Assembly: GCF_001194135.2 (NCBI RefSeq)
Contig: NC_068982.1
Location: 33,475,085-33,539,084 of the forward strand
DNA length: 64,000 nt
Origin: Octopus bimaculoides
Taxonomy: Eukaryota
Direction of reading: 5' to 3'
Under the pieces are notes generated by a model. That model was not told the origin of the DNA and did not search any database. It saw nothing but the letters and a program-made list of their open reading frames with translations. The translations under genes were made by a program, and so were the position numbers. Below are positions 52,690 to 64,000 of the stretch, one piece after another (position 1 is the stretch's first letter; each line of letters starts with the position of its first letter).

Positions 52690-53400
52690 ATGAGAATGAA
52701 ATCGATCTGGCTAACGGTGTCACCTGATTGATAGGTTATCAGGTGGCTAGCTGGTCTCCTGAAGTTGGTATTGCAGATCAATAAGTTATTTGCATCGCAG
52801 AACTCCACGAGCCTAGTTCCCTTTTCATTTCTGGCACCAACTCTATGGCCTCCATGTACATCATGGAAGATACCAGGTTGCTGTCTGATATGCCCATTAA
52901 AATCTCAAGCCACAAAGATGAGATCATTATCACTGTCTTTGAGCTAGCCTGCAGAAGAATATCATAAAAGTGATCCTTCTGTTCATTTGGTAGGTCCAAG
53001 CAGAGATAATTGTAGCTACACTATTCTGCAAGACTAGGTTGAGTTTAAATACTCTATCACACACCCTCACTACCTCTACGACCTTATCCACCCATTCCTC
53101 TGCAAGAAGTATACCCACACCTTCTATTCCATCACTATTACCTTCCCAGCAGAGTTTATACCTATGTGCTTTGCCTGTCAGGATTCTGGCTGAAGTTCTT
53201 CTCCACCTTACCTCTTGTATGCAACATACATCAACACGTCTCCATTCAAGCATCTCTACAATCTCGCTACACCTACCTTTCAATGTGCCTACATTTACAG
53301 TGCCAAATCTGAAAACTTGGAAAGAGATATGGGAGCTAACACAGGAAGGAGAGATGTCATTCAGTACCTGAAAAGGATCCTGTGAATGTTTGGTAACAGA
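52690..53400 (-). mobile_element. RTE LINE AP-endonuclease domain fragment, frameshifted
   Basis: FGTVNVGTLKG...VDVCCIQEVRWR...GVGILL...VAGDFNGHI...ICNTNF...QIDFIL are APE motifs. Confidence 0.92.
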
Positions 53401-53659
53401 CGTCATAACAGTTGTTCTTGCTTTTAACCTACCATCAATCAGACATGTTAGAGTTAAGGTTGTTACCTCTACAGGGGAGGTGGGGAAGAAGCATTGTATA
53501 TGAAAGTGCTTGGGGCATTGTAAATATAAGTGTTATGAGCCTTGTGGGCGAAGTATTACTGAGGCTGCAGAAAAAAAGGCAAGTGGGCTACTATCCGGTT
53601 TAGTTAGTCTAAGGATAGGTGGAAAGAGTGCCTATATATATATATATATATATATATAC

Positions 53660-54187
53660 CCTTTTATGCTTTACTTGTTTCAGTCACTGGACAGCAGCTA
53701 TGTCGGGGCACTACCTTGAAGGGTTTAGTTGAACACATTGAGCACAGTACTTTTTTTTTTAAGGTGCTTATTCTACCAATCTCTTAAGCTGAATCACTAA
53801 GTTACAGGGATGTAAACAAACCAATGTTAGGTGTCTAGCAGTGGTGACACACATAAACACAACGGGCTTCTTTCAGTTTCCAGCTTCCTAATCAACTTAC
53901 AAGGCATTGGTCAGTACAGGGCTATAGATGAAAACATTTGCCAATGGTGCCATGCAGTACTGAACCTAGGACTACATGGTTGAAAAGTTGACTTCTTACC
54001 ACACAGCCACATCTGCACATACGTGTGTGTGTGTGTGTGTGTGTGTGTATTCTTTTATTCTTTTACTTGTCTTAGCCATCTAACTGCTACCATGCCAGAG
54101 CACTGATTTGATCCCAGGACTTATTTTTTAAGCCTTGTACTTATTCTATCAGTCTTTTTTGCTGAACGGCTAAGTTAGAGGAGATAT

Positions 54188-54232
<45 letters not shown>

Positions 54233-54510
54233 TGTATATATTTTTATATCCTTGTGTTGAATATATAATTTAATGAAGCAGGGTGAAAGAACGTATTCAC
54301 ACAATGCAATACGATTACTGTTGCACGAAGCTAAACGCTCTCTGCCAACGCCTTACAGTAAACTGCTTACTACTGAACTACTGACAGTTCTTTATTTTAA
54401 AGCAATGTGTCTGTCCACTTATAGTTACTTGGGGGTTGTCAGAATCATTCCACAGCACATACACACACACACATATATTTATATATCATCATCATCATCA
54501 TATATATATA

Positions 54511-54552
<42 letters not shown>

Positions 54553-54690
54553 ACCAGCTTTTTCAGTTTCCTTCTATCAAATCAACTCACAAGGCTTTGA
54601 TTGGCTTGAAGCCATAGTAGAAGACACTTGCCCAAGGTACCACACAGTGGGACTGAAACTCGAACTATGTGGTTGGGAAACAAGCTTCTT
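53660..54690 (-). mobile_element. Stacked SINE family A pieces
   Basis: Copies or parts at 53660-54020, 54050-54240 and 54550-54690. Confidence 0.75.
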
Positions 54691-54991
54691 GTGATTTAAG
54701 ATATATATAAACTGATAACAGGCTATGCCCAGCTATTAATAACAGTGAGAGTGTGGGATAGGGCATGAAGTAAATATGAATCTAAATAATGCAAGTGATA
54801 TGAATATAGAATGGTAAACTTATATATTCATATTTCTCCATTATTTCAATAATGGTCTCCCAGAAAGATTATTTCTTTCTTCCTGAAACTACTAAAATCT
54901 AATTAATGTAATTCGGTCATGCTGTGGTGGTCTCTTGTCAAAATATTTTCTTCTAATAACCATCCCTAAACATCTGCCATTTAGTCATAGG

Positions 54992-55026
<35 letters not shown>

Positions 55027-55510
55027 AATGGGGTATAGAAGTTTTTCCCCCATCCCATTCTCAAGTTTAAATCAAGAACGCAAATGAAGAGAACACCTGG
55101 AGACCTCTTTGGATAATAAATGGGTTGCATCAGCTAATGAGCCAGAACTAACATCCTATTATAACATTATTGAGTTAATTATCCATTTTAATATTCAGGA
55201 ATGCCAAGTCAACACCAATGCTGTAGTATCAAATATCAGTAAGATACATTTCCTCACTCTCCCCACCCCCAAAGAAACTAATTGAGAGGAATGTTAATAA
55301 AGTGCAATGTGGATTTGTAATGTCAGAATGCATGAACTATAGAGCACAGGTGAGATGAGAGGAGAAAAAAATGAGCATAAGAGAAATCAGATAAAAGTAT
55401 AGACATATAATGAATAAGAAGAATGACACTCAAGTGACCCGAGTATGTGGAGATTGTGGAAGAAAAAACAAACTGAAGATATAGAAAGAAGCAGTGATGC
55501 TGAACCTCAT

Positions 55511-55610
55511 CAAGCTGGTGAGCAATCACAAGTAGCAAGCTGGTGAGCAATCACAAGTAGCAAGCTGGTGAGCAATCACAAGTAGCAAGCTGGTGAGCAA
55601 TCACAAGTAG
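55511..55610. repeat. Perfect 25-bp minisatellite x4
   Basis: (caagctggtgagcaatcacaagtag)4. Confidence 0.97.
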
Positions 55611-55767
55611 CAAGCTGTAGAGCTGGAGAAGACAAATCAAGCTCTTGCCAGCTTGGATATATAGTGACGATAAGGAGGATGATGGTAGTGATGTATTCGT
55701 ATGTTAATATTTTAGATATCTTCACTAAAAGCAAGACATGGTCCCTCCACCATACCTAGGAGATCAA

Positions 55768-55874
55768 TAAGAACTGACCTAAATAAGAACTGGCCCAAAT
55801 AAGAAATGGCCCAAATAAGAACTGGCCCAAATGAGAACTGGCCCAAATAAGAACTGACTCAAATAAGAACTGAC
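55768..55874. repeat. 16-bp minisatellite, about 7 units
   Basis: Imperfect copies of aaataagaactggccc. Confidence 0.92.
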
Positions 55875-56214
55875 AAGTTTTGACAACTCATCCAACACAT
55901 GCCAGCATGAAAAGGAGATGTAAAATGATACCTTGTTTCAATGAATATTTACATATAATTTCTTAATCATTATTACCATTTATTTTAAGGCAACAAGCGG
56001 GCAGGATTGTTTTGGTGCCAGACAAATATGCTTTGCAGCATTACTTCCAGCTTTATGTCGTGAATCCAAATTCCACCAAGGCTAAATTTACCTTTCATTG
56101 TTTTGGGGTTGATAAACTAGATACCAGTTGAGCACGGAGGTCAATGTAATTGCCCTAACCCCCACCCCACAAATATCAAGAATTATTACCATTTATTTAA
56201 TATGTATTTACAGC

Positions 56215-57080
56215 AGGTGTGGCTGTGTGGTAAGAAGTTTGCATCCCTACATGGCACACTAAACTGACCAAAGCCTTGTAAGTGAATTTGGTAGGCGGAA
56301 ACTGAAAGAAACCTCTCATATGTCTATATACATATGTGTGTGTGTTTTTGTGTTTGTCCTTCCATCACTGCTTGACAATCGGTGTTGGTGTGTTTACATC
56401 CCCCACAACTTTGCAGTTCAACAAAAGAGGTCAATAGAATAAGTACTAGGCTTAAATAATAAGTCCTGGAGTTGATTTGTTCAACTAAAAAAAAACCTTC
56501 ATGACAAAGCTGCAGCAATGGCAGCAGTCTGAAACAAGTAAAAGAATAAAAGAAAATAATTTATAAAATATATATTATTTTAGTCTGAATTACCTTTCAG
56601 TTATATAAATATACACACAGACATATCTGCATACACTATTCTCTTACTTGTTTCCTTCATTTGACTGTGGCCATGCTGGAGCACCACCTTAAAGGGTTTT
56701 TAAATTGAAAAAATCAACTCCAGGATTTATTCTTTATAAGCCTAGTACTTATTCTAGCGGTCTCTTTTGCCAAACCACTAAGTTAGAGACATAAAAACAC
56801 CAACCTCAGTTGTCAAGCAATGGTTGAGAGACAGACAGACAGACACACACACATATATACAATGGGCTTCTTTCAGTTTCTTATTTCTTTATTGCCCACA
56901 AGGGGCTAAACATAGAGGGGACTTCTTTCAGTTTCTGTCTACCAAATCCACTCACAAGGATTTGGTCAGCCTGAGGCTATAGTAGAAGACATTCGTCCAA
57001 GGTACCACACAGTGAGATTGAACCCAGAACCATGTAGTTAGGAAGCAAGCTTCTTACCAGACAGCCACACCTGTGCCTAA
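56215..57080. mobile_element. Tail-to-tail inverted pair of SINE family A
   Basis: + copy 56215-56550; - copy 56640-57080. Confidence 0.85.
56882..56921 (-). mobile_element. 40-bp retroposed 3' end with 14-15 bp target-site duplication
   Basis: cttctttcagtttct flanks both sides; insert reads tcccctctatgtttagccccttgtgggcAATAAAgaaata on the minus strand. Confidence 0.8.
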
Positions 57081-58554
57081 TATATAAATGTATTTTGTGT
57101 ATGTACATATGTAAAAGTGTATGTATACTCAATGGTATACATTTACACAGAGATGGTATCAAGAAAATAATGCAAATGAAATATACATAATAGCTGTAAA
57201 AAAACACCAACAGAAATATAGCATTGACAATTTCTCAATAAACTGCAATCAAACATTCATATGATTGGTGCTTAGTGTATCAGTAGAACATTGAAAACTA
57301 ATATGTGAAAAATTGAATTTTGTACAAAAGACTCAAAGATAAAACCCATTTAAGCATAGTTGTTTTAAACAGCTCAACATATTCATGAGAATGTCTGTTC
57401 TCATTAAGCATTTTGATGGCTTAAGACAGAGAAAAATACAGAATTAAGACACATAAGAGAGGCTACTAAAAATAAGAGCTAATGCAGGAATAATGAACAA
57501 AGAAAGCCATTTATTCACAGGAGACCACCGACTGATTCAAAATGATGGTAAGTGAACTATGAATAAAAAATGAATACAAAAATCAATGAACTACATAATT
57601 ACAAAGATTTTGGTTAATAGTGCCGACAAGGTAATGTGTTTGATAAATGAGTAGGCATTTTTAGCTCAAAGAGGTTATAATACTCAAATGTTACACATTT
57701 TTCGTGTAGCTAACATTCTGTAAGCATTCGAACTTCTAATATATTTCAGTTAGTTTCTGCCTCCACCCCAACCTTCTCAAGTTGAAACTGAATTCATCGA
57801 AGAATTTGATGGAATTCATCAGAAAACAGTGATTTTCTTAATAAAAATGCCTCAAATTTGGCAAAGTTATTATATAAATACTATAAAGAGTTTTCAGTTG
57901 TTGCTACATCAAGGAGATATGATTGTTACATTTGTTTTAAAATCACAGTGCTTAAATGTATGTGGGAGGGGAGAGAGAGAGAGAGAGAGAGNNNNNNNNN
58001 NNNNNNNNNNNNNNNNNNNNNNNNNNNNNNNNNNNNNNNNNNNNNNNNNNNNNNNNNNNNNNNNNNNNNNNNNNNNNNNNNNNNNNNNNNNNNNNNNNNN
58101 NNNNNNNNNNNNNNNNNNNNNNNNNNNNNNNNNNNNNNNNNNNNNNNNNNNNNNNNNNNNNNNNNNNNNNNNNNNNNNNNNNNNNNNNNNNNNNNNNNNN
58201 NNNNNNNNNNNNNNNNNNNNNNNNNNNNNNNNNNNNNNNNNNNNNNNNNNNNNNNNNNNNNNNNNNNNNNNNNNNNNNNNNNGGGGGGGGGGGGAGCACC
58301 AGCTGAGTTGACTGAACTGAAAGTGCATAGCAGCCCCTGGGATGCTACTCACTTTCAGCTCAGTCAACTGTAGCAGCATGAAAGGCTTTGTCTTGAGTAA
58401 GAACAAGATATACCAGCTAGTCCAGGAATCAAACCTATGACCTTATGATCATGAGACTAGCATCCTACTCACTAGGTCAAGTACTTTCACACTGATACTT
58501 CAGCATTCATAAAAACCCAGTTTAATGTAATGATTATTTATTCACTTTGTTTCA

Positions 58555-58707
58555 AATTAATCATGTGGCTTTGATATTTCAATGTTGTGATTGATTAATT
58601 TTAAAATGACAATGAAGGGCAGATATGAGAGGCTGGATCTGGCTGGTTTGAACATAGAACAGACTATTTGGGTCAGATATGGCCAGTTTAAATGATAAAC
58701 GGTTAAT
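58555..58707 (+). mobile_element. piggyBac-like MITE, right part
   Basis: gagaggctggatctggc...aatgataaacgg-ttaa. Confidence 0.65.
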
Positions 58708-59193
58708 ATGAGAGGCTTGGAACAGTTTGTTGACACAGGAGAGGCAGTCTTGGACAGGCAGGTATTGAAATAGATCAAACAGAGTATAAATAGGCTTACA
58801 TAGCAGTTTTGCAACTAGTTCAGAGTTGTATTTATCATAAATTTCAGAGTTAAAACTTTAATATGAGAACCTAGTTCCTAGGAAAGGAATAATTTCCACA
58901 AAATTTCCTTTTGGCAAGCACTGCAAATAGGAAATTTTACTTAACATATTGTACATTGGCCAAAAAATATTGATCTCCCATCATTGCAGAAATCTTAATG
59001 CATTCCATAAAAATCAATATGCATCACACAGTATTTACTGCTTCATATAATCTGAAGACTACTTAAAATTTTCACAATTCAAATATTAATATATTTTCCC
59101 AAAAACAAGATCAAAATCAATAGCTAAATGACATAACAGAAGTAATAATAATTACACAATAAGAAACTGAACAAAACATTTAATATCTTTATA

Positions 59194-59226
<33 letters not shown>

Positions 59227-60809
59227 TGTCCTTGGTAGCACAATAATAAATCAAAATTAATATGTAGAAGTTTAAAGGAACCTCTAACATTTTTACATAA
59301 TGTTTTTGGCTTGGGGACAAAAAATTTGTGGTAGTTAAAATATGAAATTTCACACAATCAACAGCTACAAGTAAAAAGGATAAAGTATAGCAGCTGATGG
59401 CACTACCACATAGGACTTTATAAAATTATTCACATTAACTTCCTTGTTTCATCATATTCTAACCTTTTATATATCGTTTTATTTTGTATGTTTATTATTA
59501 GCATAATAACTCTCTTGAGACACAACAAAATGTGTTTCAACACACAAGTTCACATCAAGAAACTTCCAATACAAAAACAATTTTTTTCCACTCTCTTACT
59601 GGTTTCAGTCATTAGACAATAACTATATTAGGGGACAAACTTTTAGAGTATATTACTAAAATTATATTGTTTAGCATCAAAAAATTAACGAAAATACTTA
59701 TTTCTTAATACTGAAGCTGTTTATCCTTAGATAAGCACTGATCAAGCAAATCTATGATCAAAGTTTTTCATCCATGTGCATTCAGTCCTTTCTTTTCAAA
59801 GATTACTCAATGTATCCCTATATTATTCTTTTTAAGGAAAAATTACATGTGATACGAGGGAGATTTGGCTATTATTTCTAAGAGGTCAAATACCCCACAA
59901 AGGCATGGTTCTCACATCAACTCTTAAGAATGCCTGTGTATTTTTGCACTGCAATACCATCATATTTAGTTAATAAGTTATCATAAGAATATATTGGTTC
60001 ATAACAAAAATCTAAAGGTTGTAAATATTCAGAACAGAACAAATATATTTAAAAAACAAAAAATTTTACAGAACACAAGAATAAGGGATGTATTAATTAA
60101 AAGTTAATGGGTTCTTTTAGAAAATGGGTGAAATAACATAAGCTAAAGCAAACTCAAGACAAAAGGTAAAAAGCTGCAATAGTTTTTTTAGTTTTTTTAT
60201 TATTAATGTCCTCTTCTTTGTGCTTTCATAGGGCAAACAGAATTCAGTAAGGCAGATTTTTCTATAGCCAGATGCCCTTTCAGTCATCAACATGCACCTG
60301 TTTCCAAGCAAGATAATATTTCCCCATGCCCAGACATGTTTGTCACAAAAGAATGGAATTAAACAACACTGCTTGTATGATGTTTACAATCATCATGATG
60401 TCAAGACAAGGGCATGCACACACACACACGCACACAAACACACACAATGACAGGTTTCCATTTTCTGTCTATCAAAGCCATTCACAAGCCTTTGGCCAGC
60501 CCAAGATTATAGAAAATATTTGCCCAACATGTCTTGCAGTAGGACTGAATCCAAAACCACATGGTTGGGAAACAAGCTTCTTAACTGCACACCCAAATAG
60601 ATCAAAAGGTATTATTAAAGACAATTAGAAGAAAAATTGGTAAAATTCTATGAAAAAAAGTTATGTAAACAATAACATTGTAATGAAAGTTTATCAAAAT
60701 TTTAGCAAAATCTGTGTGTTAAAAAACACATGTACACTTTTGTATGTGTAAGGATACTCATTCAAAGATAATCATGAAAAATATATCAAGTGTATTAAAA
60801 TATAGAAAG

Positions 60810-60985
60810 CACCCAGTACACTGTAAAGTGGTTAGTGCTAGGAAGGGCATCCAGATGTAGAAACCAAACCAAAACAGACTATAGAGCTTGGTGCAGCCTC
60901 TGGCCTTGCCAGTTCCTGTCAAGCCATCCAACCCATGCCAGCATGGAACACAGATGTTAAATGTGGATGAATGATGATGATTCTT
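60810..60985 (+). mobile_element. RTE-type 3' tail (family C)
   Basis: aggaagggcatccagatgtagaaacc...cccatgccagcatgg...(gat)n. Confidence 0.85.
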
Positions 60986-61000
60986 CTTTTATTTTTTTTT

Positions 61001-61266
61001 GAGCGGTGAAACCTGAAACAGATAATGCTATAAATAATTGGATGTAAATATTGGGTTACAAAAAACCCTCTGGATAGAAAAAGTCAAAGGCAGCCTGTGG
61101 GATTGAAACCAATATTTCTTGTAAACATGACTGATGTATCAATGTTTAAGGAAGTCATATCTCACAAGCAGCCTTTGTCTTTTTCTGTCCAAAAGGTTTT
61201 TTTTTTTTAAACCCAGTATTTACATGCTATTATTCATGATTTTATCTGCTTCAAGTTTCACTGCTC
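61001..61266. repeat. Foldback element with about 105-bp diverged inverted arms
   Basis: 61001-61104 pairs with 61158-61266 (gagcggtgaaac / gtttcactgctc). Confidence 0.8.
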
Positions 61267-61277
61267 CAAGAAAGAAT

Positions 61278-61702
61278 TATATCTAAGAGCTTCAATTTGC
61301 TGATAGTCAAACAGATAAGAGAAATAATGCTTACTGCCTAAGGTAAAAACCAACAATAAATAGAAAAAAGAAAAGCAATATTTAACAGTGACCAAACAAT
61401 AATATTTTGTAATTGTTTATGCAACAAGTTTTGCTTACTCATACAAAATTCTTATGACACCAACAAAAGAAAACTATAATTTTTCAGTGACACGGTATAG
61501 AAAAATGTATATAAAAATTATTTAAGAGCTTCAATTTGCTGACAGCATTATAGTCTTATGGTCAAACAGATAAGAAAAATAATGTTTACTGCATAAGGTA
61601 AAAACCAGCAATAAATAGAAAAAGAAGCAATATTTAATGATGGCCAAACAATAATATTTTGTAATTGTCTATGCTGCACGTTTTGCTTACTCATATATTC
61701 TT
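61278..61702. repeat. Diverged tandem duplication, period about 240 bp
   Basis: taagagcttcaatttgctga...aataatattttgtaattgt...ttttgcttactcata occurs twice. Confidence 0.9.
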
Positions 61703-62056
61703 TGATATATCAGACATTACAGTGACTTTGTCCTACAAAAATCTTTGGTCTATTCTGTTATGACTAACTGCATAGGTTTTCAATGTTCACTAAACACTAT
61801 ACTAACTTTTCTTGAGGCAAAGCAAGACAGTCTAACTTAACAGTATCTCAGCCTATCAATTCAACTTACATTTTATCTCTATTGCACTACTACTACTACT
61901 ACTACTACAATAAAGCTTGAGAATGTAAGCCCTGGTAGTATAGAGAGCAGCACATCAATCTCATGATCCTAGAGTTCGTACAGGGAAATTTATTTCAGTA
62001 AGCCTATTGTAAATATAACCATGTACCCTGCCCCTGTCAAAGTCCACCTAACGTAC

Positions 62057-62165
62057 CTGAATCCATTCTTTTCATCATCCCTTCTGTGCCTCTGTCAATT
62101 TACCAAACCCTGCACAAACCCCAGAACTTCAGTACTCAAGAACTCCTTTCCTTAGACACATCAGC
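62057..62165 (-). other. Candidate 5' exon (109 nt) with late ATG
   Basis: Acceptor ttttttgttcaatttgcacttcaacag, donor cag|gtacgt. All frames contain stops 5' of the late ATG of MMKRMDS, which ends in phase 1. Confidence 0.3.
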
Positions 62166-62269
62166 CTGTTGAAGTGCAAATTGAACAAAAAACAGCATCG
62201 ACTTCACTTGGGCCTATAATACACTTATGGACAATCTATACTTCTTCCTAAAATGAAATGTAGCACCTT

Positions 62270-63020
<751 letters not shown>

Positions 63021-63202
63021 CGCTTGTACATGTGTGTGTGTGTGTGTGTGTTTTCTCTCTCCGTTTTTTTCCTCTTAATCCTTTCTGTCAAAGAGCGTAG
63101 GCTTGAAACGTAAAAGACTTTCCCATTCTACCCGAATGTTAAATTAATATACCTGCTTGTCTTTTCTACACCTGTCTTCGTCTTTTGTTTCCTGTAAATT
63201 TG

Positions 63203-63256
<54 letters not shown>

Positions 63257-63958
63257 TGGGCTTCTTTCAGTTTCTGTCTACCAAATCTATTTAGAAGGCT
63301 TTGATCAGCCCAGAGCTCTAACAAGAAGACACTTGCCTTAGGAACTGAATCTGGAACAATGTGGTTGAGAAGCAAACTTCTTACCCACACATTCACACCT
63401 GCACTCTACACATGATTATTTCAAGATGCTACACAAAGCAGGATACATTGATAAAGCATGTACAATATGGGTAGGACCCCACACCTAAAATGAGAAAAAT
63501 ATACACACAATACACTAATAGCAAAAAGGTGGTATCTAATTGAATTGTTCTTCAAAATGCCAGGTACACTGATGTTAATTTAATTGTGAAAGATACCCAA
63601 ACATCCTACATTTGATTATTTCTTGTTAGGAACAGCATCCAGTTTTATCCCTTACTGCTTTTATAAAGTTTAAAAGTGTCTGCTCATACGTTCTTTAAAT
63701 AAGGCTAGTATAAAGGATGTGGGAGTATAAGCAGAACATATTAGCTTTTAAATTGCTTTGCCTTCTTTCTTTTGTTTTTTTTTTTGTTGCTTGTTGTTTT
63801 ATTTTTAAATTAATTAATTCTTTAAAGTTGTCAGAACAAGTATAGGTCTGCATAGATGACTTCTGCATATGTATGTGTTTGTGTGTGCATACAAATTAAA
63901 AAATTGAATGAAGAAACAAAGAGCAAACAGATGAAATTGGGAATACAACATGAATGAA

Positions 63959-64000
<42 letters not shown>

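Larger units (their letters stand above)
3378..58281. other. Ten assembly gaps (N runs)
   Basis: About 3378-3586, 4990-5471, 9748-9757, 18290-18307, 26196-26775, 33117-33217, 35370-35502, 36468-36477, 39467-39726, 57992-58281; most abut microsatellites or RTE ends. Confidence 0.98.

Noticed and set aside
54252-54358. CpG-rich 105-bp TG...CA segment resembling a solo LTR
   Set aside because: No target-site duplication, no second copy, very short.
55511-55874. CRISPR-like arrays
   Set aside because: Contiguous tandem units with no unique spacers, in eukaryotic context.
57522-57548. 27-nt plus-strand micro-exon candidate with gtaagt donor
   Set aside because: Joining it to the next acceptor at 57749 gives stops in every frame.
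58800-58920. Minus-strand segment with good splice signals (FNSEIYDKYNSELVAKLL)
   Set aside because: All frames from the strong acceptor hit stops; only a weak acceptor rescues it.

Overview
AT-rich, microsatellite-dense, gapped eukaryotic draft sequence. The SINE/LINE repertoire looks like an octopus genome (recognition, not a database result). It reads as one or more very long introns or intergenic DNA. Nearly all ORFs in the supplied track are microsatellite or gap artefacts. Supported content: (i) many tRNA-derived SINE copies of three families plus two 3'-tail families; (ii) decayed RTE and CR1/L2 LINE fragments, including an RTE endonuclease fragment and a young RTE C-terminus; (iii) piggyBac-like and Tc1/mariner-like MITEs and two long inverted-repeat elements; (iv) a few candidate minus-strand exons of an unidentified gene, the best at 12441-12517. 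The most notable item is a complete minimal type I hammerhead ribozyme motif on the minus strand at 33853-33899, fused head-to-head with a mutated hammerhead copy on the plus strand. Other Penelope-like hammerhead relics are scattered through the window. Repeat boundaries are approximate (read by eye); no known gene could be named.
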